A stretch of DNA of 64,000 bases, taken from assembly GCA_910574255.1 (NCBI GenBank), contig CAJTAK010000001.1, positions 83,779 to 147,778 on the forward strand. The letters are read 5' to 3'. The DNA comes from Clostridia bacterium. GTDB taxonomy: Bacteria; Bacillota; Clostridia; Lachnospirales; Lachnospiraceae. This document shows, in pieces, positions 8,650-16,502 of this stretch. Every line of letters starts with the position of its first letter. Position 1 is the stretch's first letter. The position numbers and the translations under genes were made by a program. The notes under the pieces were generated by a model. That model worked only from the letters and a program-made list of their open reading frames with translations, made no database searches and had not been told where the DNA came from.

Positions 8650-9975
8650 ATGGAGGGAGAGAATTGTCTGAAAGTCCAGATGCTGGGCGATTTTGTAATG
8701 ACCTATCAAGGAAAAATAATACAAACTGGGAGAAATCAGACCACAAAGGTTCTGCAGCTCTTGCAGTTACTTTTGTATGCCGGCTCCCAGGGACTTACCA
8801 GGCTTCAGTTAATCGAACGCTTATACAATGCGGATCTGGATGGCGATCGGTCAAATAACCTGCGTGTTACGGTTTTCCACCTGCGGAAGCTTCTGGAAAA
8901 GACGGGTTTGCCCAAGGAACAGTATATCAGTACAGAGAACGGACGTTATCGCTTTGTCTGTTCCTTTCCCATAGAGGTAGATGTGGTACACTTTGAGATG
9001 CTTCTGGGGCAGGCGGAGCAGACAGAGAATCCCGAACAAAGACTTGAGCTTTTGAAAGAAGCATGTTATTATTACAAAGGATATTTTTTGCCGGCTTTAA
9101 TGGGCGAGGAGTGGGTGGTGATTGCAGGTGCTCATTTCCAGAATCTGTATTTTGCCGCACTGGAGGAAGTCTGCCAGCGGATGCTGGAGCGTAGAGAATA
9201 CACAGAACTTCTGGAACTCAGCAGTTCAGCAGCCGCATTGTATCCCTTTGATGAATGGCAGATTTATCAGATAGAATGTCTGCTGGCTCTGGAACGGCCA
9301 AAAGAAGCCATGGCTCTCTATGAGAGAACCACAGAGATGTATTTTGATGAACTGGATATGCCTCCGTCAGAGCGGATGATCGAATGCTTCCGCCATATGA
9401 GCAGACAGATCCAATTGAATACGGGTGATTTCTATGAGATACAGGAGATGCTTAAAGAACATCCCCGGTTGAATGGTGCCTATTTTTGCACATATCCCAG
9501 CTTTATGGATATTTACCGTATTATCGTACGGACCATGGAACGATCCGGGCAGTCTGTCTATTTGCTGCTCTGTACCATATTGGATGAGAGACAGAAGCGG
9601 ATGGAGGATTCCGAGAGCCTGAAAAAGCTTTCTGAAAGCCTGGCGGAGGCGATTCAGGAGACCTTGCGTCGGGGAGATGCGTTTACCCGTTACAATTTGA
9701 GTCAATACCTGGTACTTCTTACGGGAACCCGCCGGGAAGATTGTCATATTGCGACCAGTCGTATTGATACGTGTTTTCGTAAAAAGATAAGCAGCCGTCG
9801 TGTTCATGTGAATTATCGGGTTGCGTCTATTGCTAATATACCGGGAGATTATGGAGAGAATTTTCCGGATTCTGATCAGGTGGCAGAGTGGGAGGAAAAG
9901 GATGGGTTTAAGAACCTTGATGGTGCTTCTGACAGTCCTGTGTCTTCTGACCGGCTGCGGGAAGAGAACCTCTGA
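8650..9975 (+). CDS. SARP/BTAD-like transcriptional activator (AfsR/DnrI/RedD family-like)
   Basis: N-terminal OmpR-type winged helix pattern LKVQMLGDFVMTYQGKII…KVLQLLQLLLYAGSQGLTRLQLIERLY…LRVTVFHLRKLLEK…GRYRF followed by a TPR-like BTAD region. Good RBS GAGGGAGGG. A 500-bp AT-rich upstream region. Confidence 0.6.
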   Translation: MEGENCLKVQMLGDFVMTYQGKIIQTGRNQTTKVLQLLQLLLYAGSQGLTRLQLIERLYNADLDGDRSNNLRVTVFHLRKLLEKTGLPKEQYISTENGRYRFVCSFPIEVDVVHFEMLLGQAEQTENPEQRLELLKEACYYYKGYFLPALMGEEWVVIAGAHFQNLYFAALEEVCQRMLERREYTELLELSSSAAALYPFDEWQIYQIECLLALERPKEAMALYERTTEMYFDELDMPPSERMIECFRHMSRQIQLNTGDFYEIQEMLKEHPRLNGAYFCTYPSFMDIYRIIVRTMERSGQSVYLLLCTILDERQKRMEDSESLKKLSESLAEAIQETLRRGDAFTRYNLSQYLVLLTGTRREDCHIATSRIDTCFRKKISSRRVHVNYRVASIANIPGDYGENFPDSDQVAEWEEKDGFKNLDGASDSPVSSDRLREENL

Positions 9976-10828
9976 GGAGCAGTTCCCAAAAGATAACATG
10001 CAATCAGTAGAAGCCAAAAGCCCTCTGTCGGATGCACAGGGGGATTTTCGGGTGGTTGAACCAGGCTCTGTTTATACAGGGCCTATTGACGTACCGCTTC
10101 CGGAGGCCTCGGGCGATATAGTATATGAGGGGAATGGTGTCACGGTAGATGCCAGTCATACAGAGGACGGCTACATTATGGTAAAAGGGATACCCTCTGA
10201 TACACGTTTAAAAGCCCAGGTCACACTGGGCGAGGAGACCTATACCTATGACCTGAACCAGCAAGAGGAGTACGAAGTATACCCTCTTCAAATGGGAAAT
10301 GGGTCCTATGAAGTTCAGGTATTTCAGCAAGTAGAGGGAACCTCCTACAGCCCGATTTATCAGACGGAGTTTGAAGTTGAGATGCCGGATACAGATCGGG
10401 TATTTTTGTACCCCAGCCAATATGTGTGGTATACCAATGACAAAAATGCAGTAAAGCTTTCTTACGATCTGTGTGCCGAATTAAGTTCTGATGCCGATAA
10501 GGCGGCCTGCATTTATGACTATATTGTGGCATACCTTACCTACGACAATGAGAAAGCGGCTACGGTGGAAAAGGGATATCTTCCGGATGTGGATGCAACA
10601 CTTCGGGAGCGAAAGGGGATTTGTTTTGATTACGCAGCACTCTTTGCGGCCATGCTCCGTGCCCAGGACATACCGGTACGGCTGGCTATAGGGTATGTAC
10701 AGCCTGAGAATATCTATCATGCCTGGAATCAGGTCTATATAGATGGAGAATGGGTATGGATGGATGCAACCTTTGGCCCATCCTCCTCCCATACGGAAGA
10801 TAATTACACACAGGAACGGCAGTATTAG
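9902..10828 (+). CDS. Transglutaminase-like lipoprotein (Cys-His-Asp papain-like)
   Basis: Lipobox LLTVLCLLTGCGK. Transglutaminase core KGICFDYAALFAAMLRAQDIPVRLAIGYV…YHAWNQVYIDGEWVWMDATF. The 5' end overlaps the regulator gene's 3' end. Confidence 0.75.
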   Translation: MGLRTLMVLLTVLCLLTGCGKRTSEEQFPKDNMQSVEAKSPLSDAQGDFRVVEPGSVYTGPIDVPLPEASGDIVYEGNGVTVDASHTEDGYIMVKGIPSDTRLKAQVTLGEETYTYDLNQQEEYEVYPLQMGNGSYEVQVFQQVEGTSYSPIYQTEFEVEMPDTDRVFLYPSQYVWYTNDKNAVKLSYDLCAELSSDADKAACIYDYIVAYLTYDNEKAATVEKGYLPDVDATLRERKGICFDYAALFAAMLRAQDIPVRLAIGYVQPENIYHAWNQVYIDGEWVWMDATFGPSSSHTEDNYTQERQY

Positions 10829-10846
10829 AGGGGAGTGGGAAATAAG

Positions 10847-11896
10847 ATGAAAGATAAAAAGTCAAAGAGCCTGCCTGCGGCAGAAGTATCTCTGTTTTGC
10901 CAGCAGGCGGCAATGATACTGAAAGCCGGAATTCCGCTGTATGACGGGATGGAGGTTCTGTACCGCAATTATAAAGAGACACCCTACGCAGGAGCCTTTC
11001 AGAAGATTTATGAGGGCGTTCGGGATGGGGGCACGCTGTATGAGGGTGTGAAAGCGGCGGGATTTTTCCCTAAATATATGGTACATATGGTACATGTGGG
11101 AGAGACATCAGGGGAGCTTGATCAAGTGCTGGAATCTCTGGGAGACTACTATGAACGCGAGAGCAGAATGCAGGCATCTATTCGAAGTGCCGTCGTCTAC
11201 CCCCTGATTTTGGTGGTGCTGATGACAGTGGTGATGGCAGTGCTGGTGATTCGGGTGCTGCCCATCTTCACGGAAGTATTTTTGAGCCTGGGAACGGGCC
11301 TGGCAGGGACAGAGGCGGCAGTCTTATCCGGCGGTCTGGCGGCGGGACGCATCGTATTGGCGGCAGCGGCCGTATTGCTGACCTTTGTGCTTCTGTTGTT
11401 TCTTATCTGGAGTGCCGGCGGAAAGCGGATCCTCCTGCGGGCCAGTCAGATTCTTCCGCCGGTCCGCCGGCTTTTGGACAATCAGACGGCTCAGCGGTTT
11501 GCGGAAGTGATTGCCATGGTTCTGGCAAGCGGCTATCATCTGGAACATGCCTTGGAGCTGTTACCGGATCTGCTGCCGGATAAGCGTAATATTCGAAAGG
11601 CCAAAAAGTGCCTGGCATACATGGAGCAAAACGGTGACTTTGCGGCAGCGGTGGAACAGGCAAGTATCTTTCACCCTCTTCATGAAAAGATGATCCGCGT
11701 GGGCGTGGAGTCCGGCCAGACAGATCGGGTGATGGAACGGATTGCCGGAATCTATGAGATAGAAGTAGACGAGGGCATCCACCGATTGGTCTCCTGGATC
11801 GAGCCGGCACTGGTGGCGGTGCTGACCCTGATCATTGGCGGAATCTTATTGTCTGTCATGCTGCCGCTGGTGAGTATTATGATGTCCATTAGTTGA
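10847..11896 (+). CDS. Type II secretion / type IV pilus platform protein (GspF/PilC/ComGB family)
   Basis: T2SSF-domain motifs (…LKAGIPLYDGMEVL… and a repeated second half) and 3 TM segments. ATG at 10847; the track's 10835 start is a GTG. Confidence 0.8.
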   Translation: MKDKKSKSLPAAEVSLFCQQAAMILKAGIPLYDGMEVLYRNYKETPYAGAFQKIYEGVRDGGTLYEGVKAAGFFPKYMVHMVHVGETSGELDQVLESLGDYYERESRMQASIRSAVVYPLILVVLMTVVMAVLVIRVLPIFTEVFLSLGTGLAGTEAAVLSGGLAAGRIVLAAAAVLLTFVLLLFLIWSAGGKRILLRASQILPPVRRLLDNQTAQRFAEVIAMVLASGYHLEHALELLPDLLPDKRNIRKAKKCLAYMEQNGDFAAAVEQASIFHPLHEKMIRVGVESGQTDRVMERIAGIYEIEVDEGIHRLVSWIEPALVAVLTLIIGGILLSVMLPLVSIMMSIS

Positions 11897-11919
11897 CCGA
11901 TGGGAACAGGAGGGAACCC

Positions 11920-12258
11920 ATGCACTTATATAAAAGAAAAAAGAAGCATTTTATACGCTGGGTGCTGGTCCTGGGAATCTTTTTCCTGGCAGTCCTTTTT
12001 CTGGCCGCAGGCAGCAAGCGGATGGAAGAGACAGCCTGGAATGAGCAGCAGGAACTCCTCTCGGATGCGATTAATCAGGCTGTGGTAAACTGCTATGCCA
12101 TGGAGGGCAGGTATCCGGAAAGCATACAGTACCTGATAGACAATTACGGGATACAGGTTGACTTTGACAAATATGCCGTCAGCTATGAGATATTTGCGGA
12201 AAATATAAAGCCTCGGGTGAAAGTGATTCGTTTAGGAGAGGCAGGGGATGGAGAATGA
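11920..12258 (+). CDS. Small single-TM protein, minor pilin/ComGF-like candidate
   Basis: MHLYKRKKKHFIRWVLVLGIFFLAVLFLAAG: basic N-terminus followed by a TM helix. RBS AGGAGGGA upstream of the ATG at 11920. First of four small overlapping genes between GspF and the ATPase. Confidence 0.5.
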   Translation: MHLYKRKKKHFIRWVLVLGIFFLAVLFLAAGSKRMEETAWNEQQELLSDAINQAVVNCYAMEGRYPESIQYLIDNYGIQVDFDKYAVSYEIFAENIKPRVKVIRLGEAGDGE

Positions 12259-12737
12259 GCATGAGAGAGAGAAGACATGGGGTGAACGGACTGCTCACAC
12301 TTCTGATTTACGGACTCTTTGCCCTGTTTTCGCTGCTTCTGGTGGTGGTTGGGGCGAGGGTTTACCGAAATATCGTCTCGGCAGGCAATGCCAATACCCA
12401 GGTACGCTCATCCCTGTCCTATGTGGCGAATAAGGTTCGGATGAGTACCCGGGCGGCGGGGACAGTCCGGCTTTGGGAGCAGGACGGAATAGAAGTGCTG
12501 GTTCTTGAGTCCGGAACAGAGGGGTATGAGACCCGGATCTATTACTGTGACGGCGTTCTCAGGGAAGTATATCAGGCGGCGGATCAGCCCTTTTCTCCGG
12601 AGATGGGTGAGAAGCTTATGGAGATCCCGGAGTTTCACATAGAGGAGACGGAAAACGGACATCTGGTTATGCATACAACGGATGCGGCAGGGAATCAGCA
12701 CAGCCTGCATCTGTATATAGAGGGGAAATCAGTATGA
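12255..12737 (+). CDS. Pseudopilin-like small protein (non-canonical prepilin signal)
   Basis: RRHGVNGLLTLLIYGLFALFSLLLVV: a basic residue followed by Gly then a hydrophobic helix, but no Glu at +5. The ATG overlaps the upstream stop (ATGA), suggesting translational coupling. Confidence 0.5.
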   Translation: MSMRERRHGVNGLLTLLIYGLFALFSLLLVVVGARVYRNIVSAGNANTQVRSSLSYVANKVRMSTRAAGTVRLWEQDGIEVLVLESGTEGYETRIYYCDGVLREVYQAADQPFSPEMGEKLMEIPEFHIEETENGHLVMHTTDAAGNQHSLHLYIEGKSV

Positions 12738-13186
12738 AAATAGCGGAAAAGAGAAATCCGGCACTGGTGGAACTGGTTCTGGTGATTCTGTTCTTTGCTC
12801 TATCCTCCGTAGTGCTGGTCCAGGTTTTTGTAAAAGCACATCAGGTGAGTCAGGAGAGCCAGGCCCAGACCCTGGGCTTAATCTTGTCTGAGGATCTGTT
12901 GGAGCAGTGGAAAGAGACACCGGCCAGTCCGGAACTGCTGTTTTCTCCGGAGAACGGCTGGAGAGAAGAAAAGACCAGAGGCAGCGTTCGGACTTTTCTG
13001 TCAGGCTGCACGGAAAGCATGGAGCTGTCTGCCCCGGAAGATGCGGCCTATGAGATTCGGACAGAGTTGTGGAATGAAGCGACAGAGGCGGGCGTGTTAT
13101 ACCATATCCGGGTATTGATTACCGGTGTGGGGGACGGAAAGCTTAAAACAGAGCTTGAGACGGCCAGGTATGTGCCGGAAGCATAA
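12734..13186 (+). CDS. Pseudopilin-like small protein
   Basis: KRNPALVELVLVILFFALSSVVLV: a class-III-like signal with Glu in the helix but Asn/Pro in place of Gly. Start overlaps the upstream stop (ATGA). Confidence 0.5.
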   Translation: MKIAEKRNPALVELVLVILFFALSSVVLVQVFVKAHQVSQESQAQTLGLILSEDLLEQWKETPASPELLFSPENGWREEKTRGSVRTFLSGCTESMELSAPEDAAYEIRTELWNEATEAGVLYHIRVLITGVGDGKLKTELETARYVPEA

Positions 13187-13207
13187 GCGGGACAGAAAGG
13201 ATCAGAT

Positions 13208-13672
13208 ATGAGAGCGAAGACAGACAGGTGGGAGGGACCGCCGGAACAAAAGGAGGGGGTTCGGGGTATATCCAGAGGGGCCGGGGTAGGAATGGCATCC
13301 ATTCTGCTGATAGTAATGGTGCTGGCCTTTACAACGTTCGGTGTGCTTTCCCTGGTATCCGCCATGACGGATGTGAGGATGAGCCGCAAGTCCCTTGCCA
13401 CAGCCGCCGCCTACTATCAGGCGGAGGAAGAGTTACAAGAGCAGCTGGCACAGCTTGATGCGGAACTTCTGGCGGGCACGGCGGAGATACCCCAGCAGGG
13501 ATTGTGGGAGCTTAAGGCGGACGTACAGGAGATTCAGCAGCTTCTTCTGATCGTAGAGTGTAAGGAACCGTCCGAGGGAGAGGGACGCTATCAGGTTCTC
13601 TGGCAGCGTCTTGTAAATACAGTGGAATGGAATCCGGGACCGGGAGTCAATATTTGGGATGGAGGAATGTGA
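13208..13672 (+). CDS. Small single-TM protein of the filament operon
   Basis: A TM helix ASILLIVMVLAFTTFGVLSLVSAMTDV followed by a coiled-coil-like region. The start is ambiguous: 13208 or an internal Met near 13292. Confidence 0.45.
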   Translation: MRAKTDRWEGPPEQKEGVRGISRGAGVGMASILLIVMVLAFTTFGVLSLVSAMTDVRMSRKSLATAAAYYQAEEELQEQLAQLDAELLAGTAEIPQQGLWELKADVQEIQQLLLIVECKEPSEGEGRYQVLWQRLVNTVEWNPGPGVNIWDGGM

Positions 13673-13673
13673 G

Positions 13674-14735
13674 ATGAGTATACAGATACAGGAGATCTTA
13701 AAGACGGGGTTGGAAATGGGAGGCTCGGATATCTTTGTGATTCCGGGGTCTCCGATAAGCCTGAAAAGGGGAGGAGAGATCTTTCCGATCACCTCAGATC
13801 GGGTGATGCCGGATTCTTCGAAAGAACTGTTGCAGCAGATCTATCAGCTTGCCAATCGTGATATTGAAGAGCTGGAAAGAAGAGGGGACGACGATTTCTC
13901 CTTTTCTGTAAAAGGTGCCGGACGGTTCCGGTGCAATGCCTATAAGCAGAGAAGCTCTCTGGCAGCCGTTCTTCGAATCGTAACATTTGGGCTGCCTGAC
14001 AGTGAACGGATGCATATTCCCCAGGCGGTCATTGATCTCTATCGCCAGAAGAACGGCATGATTCTGGTTACCGGCCCGGCCGGAAGCGGAAAAACTACGA
14101 CGCTGGCCTGCCTGATAGACCAGATTAATCAAAAGCGGAGCGGACATATTATCACCATCGAGGATCCCATCGAGTATATTCACTCCCATCAGAAATGCCT
14201 GGTAAGCCAGAGGGAGATTGACCTGGATACGGAGAGTTACGAGACTGCCCTGCGGGCGGCTCTTCGCCAGACACCTGATGTGATACTTTTAGGTGAGATG
14301 CGGGATTTTGAAACCATTCAGACTGCCCTGACGGCGGCGGAGACGGGACAGCTGCTCCTGTCAACCCTGCATACCATCGGTGCGGCGAAGACCATAGACC
14401 GGATTGTGGATGTATTTCCCGCAGGGCAGCAGGCCCAGGTGCGGGTACAGCTTTCCATGGTGCTGCGGGCAGTCGTATCCCAGCGGCTTTTGCCTGTAGT
14501 TGACGGCGGGCTGGAACCGGTATTCGAGATTATGATTGTAAACCCGGCCATTCAGAACATGATTCGGGAGGGCAAGATACACCAGATGGATAACGTGATA
14601 TATTCCGGAGGAGATGCGGGGATGCGGACCATGGACAGTGACATCCTCAGGCTTTACCGGGCGGGGAGAATTACAAAAGAGACTGCATTGACCTATGCGG
14701 TCAACCCGGAACTTCTGGGGCGGAAACTTTCTTAA
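13674..14735 (+). CDS. pilT: PilT-family type IV pilus ATPase (retraction-type, about 355 aa)
   Basis: PilT_N-like start (…GGSDIFVIPGSPISLKRGGEIFPI…). Walker A GPAGSGKTTTL, Asp box IITIEDPIEY, Walker B DVILLGEMRD, His box LSTLHT. The ATG at 13674 follows RBS GGAGGA; the track start is 13659. Confidence 0.85.
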   Translation: MSIQIQEILKTGLEMGGSDIFVIPGSPISLKRGGEIFPITSDRVMPDSSKELLQQIYQLANRDIEELERRGDDDFSFSVKGAGRFRCNAYKQRSSLAAVLRIVTFGLPDSERMHIPQAVIDLYRQKNGMILVTGPAGSGKTTTLACLIDQINQKRSGHIITIEDPIEYIHSHQKCLVSQREIDLDTESYETALRAALRQTPDVILLGEMRDFETIQTALTAAETGQLLLSTLHTIGAAKTIDRIVDVFPAGQQAQVRVQLSMVLRAVVSQRLLPVVDGGLEPVFEIMIVNPAIQNMIREGKIHQMDNVIYSGGDAGMRTMDSDILRLYRAGRITKETALTYAVNPELLGRKLS

Positions 14736-14753
14736 GTTTCCGCCCTATTTTTG
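14718..14753 (+). terminator. Rho-independent terminator after the pilT-like gene
   Basis: A 12-bp perfect stem GGGCGGAAACTT (14718-14729) pairs with AAGTTTCCGCCC (14734-14745) around loop TCTT, followed by TATTTTT. Confidence 0.7.
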
Positions 14754-14825
14754 CACAAAAACGGATGAATTTTAATGGGGCCATTAACAGTGCGTGAGGT
14801 ACAATAAGGTAGAATAAGTAGAGGT

Positions 14826-15341
14826 ATGCAGATGAGCAGTGAATATATCAGTATAGCAGCCTCCAGTGTTGTCCGGCTCTGCTGTGACAGATTTGAGAGC
14901 GGGGACTGGAGCGGCAGATTTTATACAAGGTATCAGGAGAAGCCGGTAAGCTTTCGGAATACGGGGGAGCTGCTGGAGCGATTGGACGGATTTTATAACT
15001 GGCTGGGGTATCCCCAGGCATCCATGGAAAACCGCAGTTTTCGGAAGAAACCCTCCGAAAGGAGAGTTCTCCAGGAGACGGCTTCCCCACAGGAAGCCAG
15101 AATAAAGCAAAAAGGAGAACGAAGCATAGTGGTAAATGAAGAAGCGATGAACAAACATCAGGGTGAAAAGGCAACTTTCGTGGTACGTATTCAATATCGT
15201 CAGAATGCAAGCTGGCAGGGCCAGGTGACCTGGGCAGAGAAGAATAAGACCGTTCCTTTCCGCAGTGCCCTTGAATTGCTGAAGCTGATAGACAGTACAC
15301 AAGAAGCACCGGAAGAGAGTTGGGATAGGGGTGACGAATAG
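14826..15341 (+). CDS. Hypothetical protein (171 aa)
   Basis: ORF only. Long antisense ORFs overlap it, but operon context with the downstream gene (a 2-nt gap) favours the + strand. Confidence 0.4.
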   Translation: MQMSSEYISIAASSVVRLCCDRFESGDWSGRFYTRYQEKPVSFRNTGELLERLDGFYNWLGYPQASMENRSFRKKPSERRVLQETASPQEARIKQKGERSIVVNEEAMNKHQGEKATFVVRIQYRQNASWQGQVTWAEKNKTVPFRSALELLKLIDSTQEAPEESWDRGDE

Positions 15342-15343
15342 CT

Positions 15344-15859
15344 ATGACAGGAAAAGATCTGAGAAAGCTGGGACGCTCCCAGCTGTTGGAGCTTTTGGTG
15401 GCTCAGGCGAAAGAGATGGAAAGCCTGAAAGAGCGTCTGGCGGAAGCGGAAGCACAGATGGAGAAGCGTCAGATCGCCATTGATGAAGCCGGTTCCATAG
15501 CAGAAGCTTCTCTGGCCTTAAGCGGGATTTTTGAGGCGGCCGAGGAGGCTGTGTCCCAGTATATGGAGAACATCAAGGACCTGAGCGACAGGCAGCAGAA
15601 AGTCTATGTGCAGAGAGAACAGGAAAACAGAAAAAAAGCAGATGAAATTTTGAAAAAGGCTCAAAGAGGAGCCGACCTGCTTCTGAACAGTGCCCGGGAG
15701 GAATGCCGGAGACTGGAGGAGGACACCCGTAAGCAGTGCCGGAGACTGGAAGAGGACACTCGTAAGCGGTGCGAGAATATGGTAAGTTCTGCAAAAAAAA
15801 AGGAAGCAACCAGTGATGTGATAAGCTTGCCGCTGCGGCAGGGAGGGTTTCGTTCGTAA
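15344..15859 (+). CDS. Coiled-coil protein with tandem CRRLEEDTRK repeat
   Basis: Highly charged helical sequence with an internal 11-aa tandem duplication (ECRRLEEDTRKQCRRLEEDTRKRC). Confidence 0.5.
   Translation: MTGKDLRKLGRSQLLELLVAQAKEMESLKERLAEAEAQMEKRQIAIDEAGSIAEASLALSGIFEAAEEAVSQYMENIKDLSDRQQKVYVQREQENRKKADEILKKAQRGADLLLNSAREECRRLEEDTRKQCRRLEEDTRKRCENMVSSAKKKEATSDVISLPLRQGGFRS
15704..15769 (+). repeat. 33-bp direct tandem repeat (2 copies) inside the coiled-coil gene
   Basis: tgccggagactggaggaggacacccgtaagcag and tgccggagactggaagaggacactcgtaagcgg. Confidence 0.8.
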
Positions 15860-15874
15860 GCTTCCGAAGATGCA

Positions 15875-16471
15875 GTGGGGATGATTATGAAAAAAAATAG
15901 TGCAGTCGAGGTGCCGGAGCTCTCCCAGTTGGAGAAAGAGCTGAATAGAGTAAAGTATAAGAAGCGTTACAAGAGCGTGCTGACAAGCACGATCAGTACA
16001 CTGATTGTAGTGGCGGCCATAGCCGTTCTGATTGCAACGCTGCTGATGCCGGTGCTGCAGATATATGGAACAAGTATGAGCCCTACGTTATATGACGGCG
16101 ATATCATCGCCACCATAAAAACCACAGAATTTGAACAGGGAGATGTGGTGGCGTTTTATTATAACAATAAGATTCTTGTGAAACGTGTAATAGCCATGTC
16201 CGGCGAATGGGTGGATATGGATGAGGATGGAAACGTATATGTGAATGATGTGCTGCTGGATGAACCCTATCTGGTGGAACGGGCCGTAGGCGAGTGTGAC
16301 ATTAAGCTTCCCTATCAGGTTCCGGAGAATCGCATCTTCGTCATGGGCGATCACAGAAGCGTTTCCGTGGACAGCCGGAGTACAACCGTAGGCTGTGTGG
16401 CTGAAGAGCAGTTGGTAGGAAGATTGTTATTCCGGGTGTGGCCCCTGAAAGATATAGGGCCGGTGGGATAA
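15875..16471 (+). CDS. lepB: Signal peptidase I (LepB/S26A type)
   Basis: An N-terminal TM segment, then the catalytic Ser box IYGTSMSPTL, GDHRSVSVDSR and the C-terminal GRLLFRVWP. Confidence 0.85.
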   Translation: MGMIMKKNSAVEVPELSQLEKELNRVKYKKRYKSVLTSTISTLIVVAAIAVLIATLLMPVLQIYGTSMSPTLYDGDIIATIKTTEFEQGDVVAFYYNNKILVKRVIAMSGEWVDMDEDGNVYVNDVLLDEPYLVERAVGECDIKLPYQVPENRIFVMGDHRSVSVDSRSTTVGCVAEEQLVGRLLFRVWPLKDIGPVG

Positions 16472-16502
16472 GGATTGTTGGTATCAAAAAGGAGGATTTC
16501 TG

